Below are positions 61,001 through 64,000 of a stretch of 64,000 bases of DNA, piece after piece. The notes beneath the pieces are model-generated. The model saw only the letters and a list, made by a program, of their open reading frames with translations. It was not told the DNA's origin and did no database searches. How positions within the stretch are numbered: the first letter of the stretch is position 1; every line of letters starts with the position of its first letter. Made by a program: the position numbers and the translations under genes. Source of the DNA: Kiloniellaceae bacterium (lineage in GTDB: Bacteria > Pseudomonadota > Alphaproteobacteria > Kiloniellales > J153); assembly GCA_021776135.1 (NCBI GenBank), contig JAJFGL010000040.1, positions 3,967-67,966 on the forward strand, written 5' to 3'.

Positions 61001-61398
61001 TTCCAAGCCAGCCATGACAGACATAAGAGCGCCGACAAGAATAGCCGCGAGGCGACCCAAGACCATGGGATCAAGGATCCCAGGTCCGAAGGCAGATAGG
61101 GCGCGAAGAACGCCGAGGTCACAACCGCGTGGTAACCGTCAAGCAAGGCGGTGCCTAGAAACCCGGTGCCGATAAAAAGGAAGGTGTTGTTCTTCTTGGC
61201 GTAGAAACGCACCAAGGCCATGGCGCCAACCGCCAGCGCCAGGAGGAAGGCGAGTCCCTCCATGAGGGTGTGAAGCGGCGCGCCGCCTTGCCACTTGGCG
61301 CCGCGCATGACCGCGTAACTCAAGACCAGGCCGCCGCCGACAGCCCAATAGACGAAGGCCCGGCGTCTGGCCTCGGTTTCCATGGGGAATACGTTCAT
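58003..61398 (-). CDS. Hybrid sensor histidine kinase: MASE3-like membrane domain, PAS, FixL-like heme-PAS, HisKA/HATPase, two receiver domains
   Basis: 1131 aa with about 7-8 TM helices at the N-terminus. The PAS domain at about aa 405-525 has ENHDTYIQSY...IIGIGRDVEGKRADGSTFPMHLAISEM. The H-box is SHELRTPLN. The REC domains include FDIAIVDHAMPDM and DLVLMDMHMPELNG. Confidence 0.9.
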   Translation of the reverse strand: MNVFPMETEARRRAFVYWAVGGGLVLSYAVMRGAKWQGGAPLHTLMEGLAFLLALAVGAMALVRFYAKKNNTFLFIGTGFLGTALLDGYHAVVTSAFFAPYLPSDLGSLIPWSWVASRLFLSALLCLSWLAWKREQRLGAEGRIGENTVYLAAGVLTVLSFLFFVFVPQPRAYYDEIIFHRPEEFVPAALFLVALVGYLRKGAWRNDAFEHWLVLSLIVGFLSQAVYMSFSDRLFDLEFDAAHLLKNVSYVLVLIGLLLSMYTMVRQSEEREAHIRATSKILVATIENFPAGLSVFDSDLELVAFNKTFVDLLELPQAIIETGLGYERIIRFNAERGEYGEGDVSRLVKERVHQARRFEAHCFERIRPSGTIIEVRGVPMPEGGFLTTYTDITERKRNAAEIEKRDALLQGIVTTVVDSIIVTDSRGRITLFNPAAEGQFGYRASDVIGKNVSLLMMGENQENHDTYIQSYLKTGHKKIIGIGRDVEGKRADGSTFPMHLAISEMAITGERKFTAVIRDITELKERESTLKNMVVDAQEAQARIEAQAGELVKQAKSLAAARDAAMSAAAAKSEFLANMSHELRTPLNGMLGFADLIERESLGPIGNESYAEFISIIGQSGRHLLTVINDILDYSKIEAGKLKLDSVAFDLSQVVDAIVQLLASAAHDKAIELAFFVGPDVPMSLIGDPGRIRQVLLNLAGNAIKFTEEGGVKIEVSLESESGSGVILGFKITDTGIGIGAEEQKTLFDKFSQGDVSTTRKYGGTGLGLAICKQLVGLMSGEIGVSSRPDEGSVFRFTVALTKQKIAGKGTLIKIRNILRGRRALVVGGNPINRDVCHQYLEMLGAEVTVVTGAEAALTALAEAATQIPFDIAIVDHAMPDMGGEELGRRIRADARYDSLKLALSSSSGLVLSHKQARELGFDAALPRPLHRNAVLKSLGYLLGVDLPPAVSAVLQAATPALRRRILHILVAEDNMVNQLLLDTMLRGAGHTVDLANNGREAVKAVGEHAYDLVLMDMHMPELNGLEATRRIRLMPGKAAEVPIIAVTAAVMGEDREKCLQAGMSDFISKPICQNLLFERIAFWTHTEARYQAGNTEDNSQDSDGGAGLGEDAAAALDDLLADIDGLAGQK

Positions 61399-61580
61399 GA
61401 CGCCGGCAAGACTCCGCGGGTTTCGGTTGGGGGTTTGGCGGCAATGCTACTTATGCGTGTATTAATACTAAATGAATATCCATATGATGGTATTTCTGGC
61501 GGCGTCCGGCCTTGACCGGGTAGGACAGCCAAGTCCTAATCCGCTTCGCCGCGCCCTCACTCGACGCCAAGGAAGCAAAG

Positions 61581-62237
61581 ATGGCCGATTTCACCCTGGT
61601 TCTGGGTAACAAGGCTTATTCGTCCTGGTCCCTGCGCGCCTGGCTGATCGCCAGGCAGTGCGGCGCGCCCTTCGAGGAGATTGTCATCCCCCTCGACCGG
61701 CCCGAAACCAAGGCTGAAATCGGGCGCCAAACCCCGGCGGGCCGGGTTCCGGTGCTACGCGCCGGGGAATTGACCGTGTGGGATACCCTGGCCATCGCGG
61801 AATACATGAACGAATGCTTCCCGGCGGCTGGGCTGTGGCCGGCGGACCCGGCGGCGCGGGCGGCCGCCCGCTCGGTCGTGGCGGAGATGCACGCGGGCTT
61901 CCCGGCCTTGCGCCGGCGCCTGCCCATGGATTTGAAGCGCGCCCAGGGTCCCAGGGGCGGCGCGGCGCGCGATCCGGAACTAGAGGCCGACATCGCGCGA
62001 ATCCAAACCCTCTGGACAGCTTGCCGGACCCAATTCGGGCAAGGCGGCGGCTTTCTTTTCGGGGATTTCGGCGCCGCCGACGCTTTTTTCGCGCCCGTCG
62101 TCACCCGCTTCGTCACCTACCGGGTGGCCTTGAGCGAAACCGCCGCCGCTTACCGCGACGCCGTGATGTCCTGGCCGGCCATGGGCGATTGGATCGCGGC
62201 GGCGAAGACCGAGCCTTGGATTATCGCGGACCTTTAA
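61581..62237 (+). CDS. Glutathione S-transferase family protein
   Basis: 218 aa beginning FTLVLGNKAYSSWSLRAWL, with VPVL....VWDTLAIAEY. Confidence 0.85.
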   Translation: MADFTLVLGNKAYSSWSLRAWLIARQCGAPFEEIVIPLDRPETKAEIGRQTPAGRVPVLRAGELTVWDTLAIAEYMNECFPAAGLWPADPAARAAARSVVAEMHAGFPALRRRLPMDLKRAQGPRGGAARDPELEADIARIQTLWTACRTQFGQGGGFLFGDFGAADAFFAPVVTRFVTYRVALSETAAAYRDAVMSWPAMGDWIAAAKTEPWIIADL

Positions 62238-63046
62238 GTACTAGCCACCTCGATGGCCTGCCCAAAATCGACCCCTTGGATGCTGGCCCGACCGACAAGT
62301 TTTTTGGTCAAGTCGTTCGCGGCCTTGGCCCAGGCAAGCTGTTCCAGCTTCTCCTTGATCTGGGCTTTCACGCTATCGAAGGGCAGGAGCGCCCCTTCGG
62401 CTTTTTCATCCATGCGGATGACATGAAAGCCGAAGCTGGTTTCCACCGCTTCGGGATGCACCTCCCCGGCGGGGAGAGTTTCCATGACCGCTTCGAATTC
62501 GGGCACAAGATCGCCGCTTCCGACTTGACCCAAGGCGCCGCCATTTTCCCTGGACGGGCAGTCCGAGTTGGCTTTCGCGATCCTGGCGAAGGCCTTGGGA
62601 TCCTTGGCCAGGGCCGCGAGCGCGGCCTCCGCGTTTTCTTTGGCCGTCTGCCGGGCCACTTTATCGTCCGGGCGGGCGGCGAAAAGGATATGCGCGGGCT
62701 GGAATAAATCGGGCGCCCGGAAAGTTTCCGGGCTGTTATCGTAGAGGGCCTTGCAGGCAGCTTCGCTAACTTCCCGCGGTTCGATCTCTTGCTCCAGCAA
62801 GGCGCGGATCAGGGCCTCCTCGGCGGTTTCCCAGATATCGTCCGCCATAGCTTGGGGATCGCTTTCGATCCCAAGCCGCTTCGCCTCCTGCAACAAAAGT
62901 GCCCGCACGACCATGGCTTTCGCGGCCGCCCGCCATGCCAGGCCGGGCTTGCCCGCCGGCACCTTGTGATTCTGCGCCTCGGCGGCGATGACCGCCGAGG
63001 CAATGGGCTCCCCATTCACGGCCACATCGGGGAATAAGGGTTTCAC
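62234..63046 (-). CDS. PpiC/parvulin-type peptidyl-prolyl isomerase associated with the nar cluster
   Basis: ORF track 62234-63094. GTG 63046 is preceded by AGGAGG inside the end of narI. The C-terminal parvulin block is GGALGQVGSGDLVPEFEAV...ETSFGFHVIRM. Confidence 0.8.
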   Translation of the reverse strand: MKPLFPDVAVNGEPIASAVIAAEAQNHKVPAGKPGLAWRAAAKAMVVRALLLQEAKRLGIESDPQAMADDIWETAEEALIRALLEQEIEPREVSEAACKALYDNSPETFRAPDLFQPAHILFAARPDDKVARQTAKENAEAALAALAKDPKAFARIAKANSDCPSRENGGALGQVGSGDLVPEFEAVMETLPAGEVHPEAVETSFGFHVIRMDEKAEGALLPFDSVKAQIKEKLEQLAWAKAANDLTKKLVGRASIQGVDFGQAIEVAST

Positions 63047-63047
63047 G

Positions 63048-63749
63048 TCAAACCTCCTGACCCTTGATCTGGCTTTGCTTGCGGGTGCGCACAATCTGAT
63101 AACCGGGACGCCAGAGGTAACGCACGGGGAACGAGAGCATGTGAACCAGCCGGGTGAAGGGGAACAGCACGAAGATCGTCAGGCCGAGCGCGATGTGCGC
63201 CTTGAAGACGATATTCGCCCCTTCGATATAACTCGCGGCCTGGCTGTCGAGGGTGAATATACCATTGGCCCAGGCCATGAGCTTGGCCATTTCCGCTCCG
63301 TCGAGATGCTGGAAACTGATCGGAACCGTGGCCAGGCCGAGGATCAGTTGCAAGATCAGGATCAGGATGATGCCGGTATCGGCGGGGGTCGAGCGGGCCC
63401 GCACCCGCGGATCGGTCAGGCGGCGGTGGGCCAGCATGACGCCCCCGATCAAGGCGATAACGCCGGCTATCCCGCCGCCGACGGCGGCCATGACCTGCTT
63501 GAGCCCGTGGCCGACGCCCAAGGCGTCAAAGACCTCGATGGGGATCAGCAGACCGAAGAGGTGGCCCGCGAAAATGATCAAGACCCCGACATGGAACAGG
63601 ATCGAACCCATGATCAATTGCCTGCGGCGCAGCAATTGGCTGGAGCTCGATTTCCAAGTGAAGGGGTCGCGTTCGTAGCGCGCGATCGACCCGAGGACCA
63701 ATACGCTTAGCGCGATGTAAGGATAGGTTCCGAAAAGAAATTCGTGCAT
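63048..63749 (-). CDS. narI: Respiratory nitrate reductase gamma subunit
   Basis: 233 aa beginning MHEFLFGTYPYIALSVLVLGSIARYERDPFTWKSSSSQ, with heme-ligand His residues in the TM helices. Confidence 0.93.
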   Translation of the reverse strand: MHEFLFGTYPYIALSVLVLGSIARYERDPFTWKSSSSQLLRRRQLIMGSILFHVGVLIIFAGHLFGLLIPIEVFDALGVGHGLKQVMAAVGGGIAGVIALIGGVMLAHRRLTDPRVRARSTPADTGIILILILQLILGLATVPISFQHLDGAEMAKLMAWANGIFTLDSQAASYIEGANIVFKAHIALGLTIFVLFPFTRLVHMLSFPVRYLWRPGYQIVRTRKQSQIKGQEV

Positions 63750-63758
63750 GATCGCCCC

Positions 63759-64000
63759 CTAGATGTTGCCGGCTTCGGCGTTGGCCGGCCGCGCCTTGGG
63801 TGGATGAGGGTCCATTTCCGCCAGCAAGTCCCTGGTGACCGGGCATCCGGCGTTCGGGTCGGGGCCGAAGGTGACCTCGGCTTCTTCCCAGACCTCGTCG
63901 AGGGCTTTCAAATCCTCGGGGTCATCGTCTTGCACCGACAGAAGCTCTTGCACCATCTCGCTTGAGGCTTCCACGCCCGCGACTTCCGCCAGGGCGGCCA
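63759..64000 (-). CDS. narJ: Nitrate reductase molybdenum cofactor assembly chaperone, C-terminal part (5' end outside window)
   Basis: The frame is open to the window edge. It has an acidic C-terminus (DDDPEDLKALDEVWEEAEVTFG) and sits immediately upstream of narI. Confidence 0.75.
   Translation of the reverse strand, partial: AALAEVAGVEASSEMVQELLSVQDDDPEDLKALDEVWEEAEVTFGPDPNAGCPVTRDLLAEMDPHPPKARPANAEAGNI

Overview
A 64-kb, high-GC chromosomal segment. Its gene content and synteny look like core alphaproteobacterial chromosome, probably Rhodospirillales-like (inference only). Conserved blocks: sdhCDAB; ffh-rpsP-rimM-trmD-rplS-leuC-leuD-leuB; dapD-dapE; def-fmt-truA; ffs-dnaX-ybaB-recR; pheA-kdsB; yejABEF; narJ-narI at the right edge. 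About 60 protein genes are supportable, plus one ncRNA (SRP/4.5S RNA, found by hand upstream of dnaX). I saw no rRNA, tRNA, CRISPR array, transposase, integrase or phage genes. One long gene (1-2897, minus strand, fused tandem ABC exporter) is missing from the ORF track because it runs off the window. Many long alternative-frame or antisense ORFs in the track are high-GC artefacts. Most of the window is ordinary housekeeping DNA. The items worth a second look are listed here. (1) A small GIY-YIG nuclease ORF is inserted between leuC and leuD. It is bracketed by inverted copies of a hairpin repeat that is dispersed through the intergenic regions, a REPtron-like layout with a different nuclease class, and this copy carries a 1-nt frameshift. 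(2) That hairpin superfamily (GTCAY-stem-CTTGA-stem) shows compensatory stem changes and forms MITE-like inverted pairs. Two further repeat families are present, one of them a perfect 32-bp inverted repeat that supplies the 3' end of a LysR gene. (3) A translationally coupled operon encodes a PAS-GAF-GGDEF cyclase, a DUF2336 protein and an AT-rich tail-anchored small protein of unknown function. (4) A large hybrid histidine kinase has a MASE3-like membrane domain and a FixL-like heme-PAS domain, and sits next to the nar genes. (5) Several visibly AT-richer patches occur: a pentapeptide-repeat membrane protein, a LysR/EEP/PLP-dehydratase patch, and a self-contained small secreted-peptide gene. 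I cannot show that any of these is a new system. The GIY-YIG/hairpin association and the DUF2336 operon are my best candidates, and both are hypotheses.
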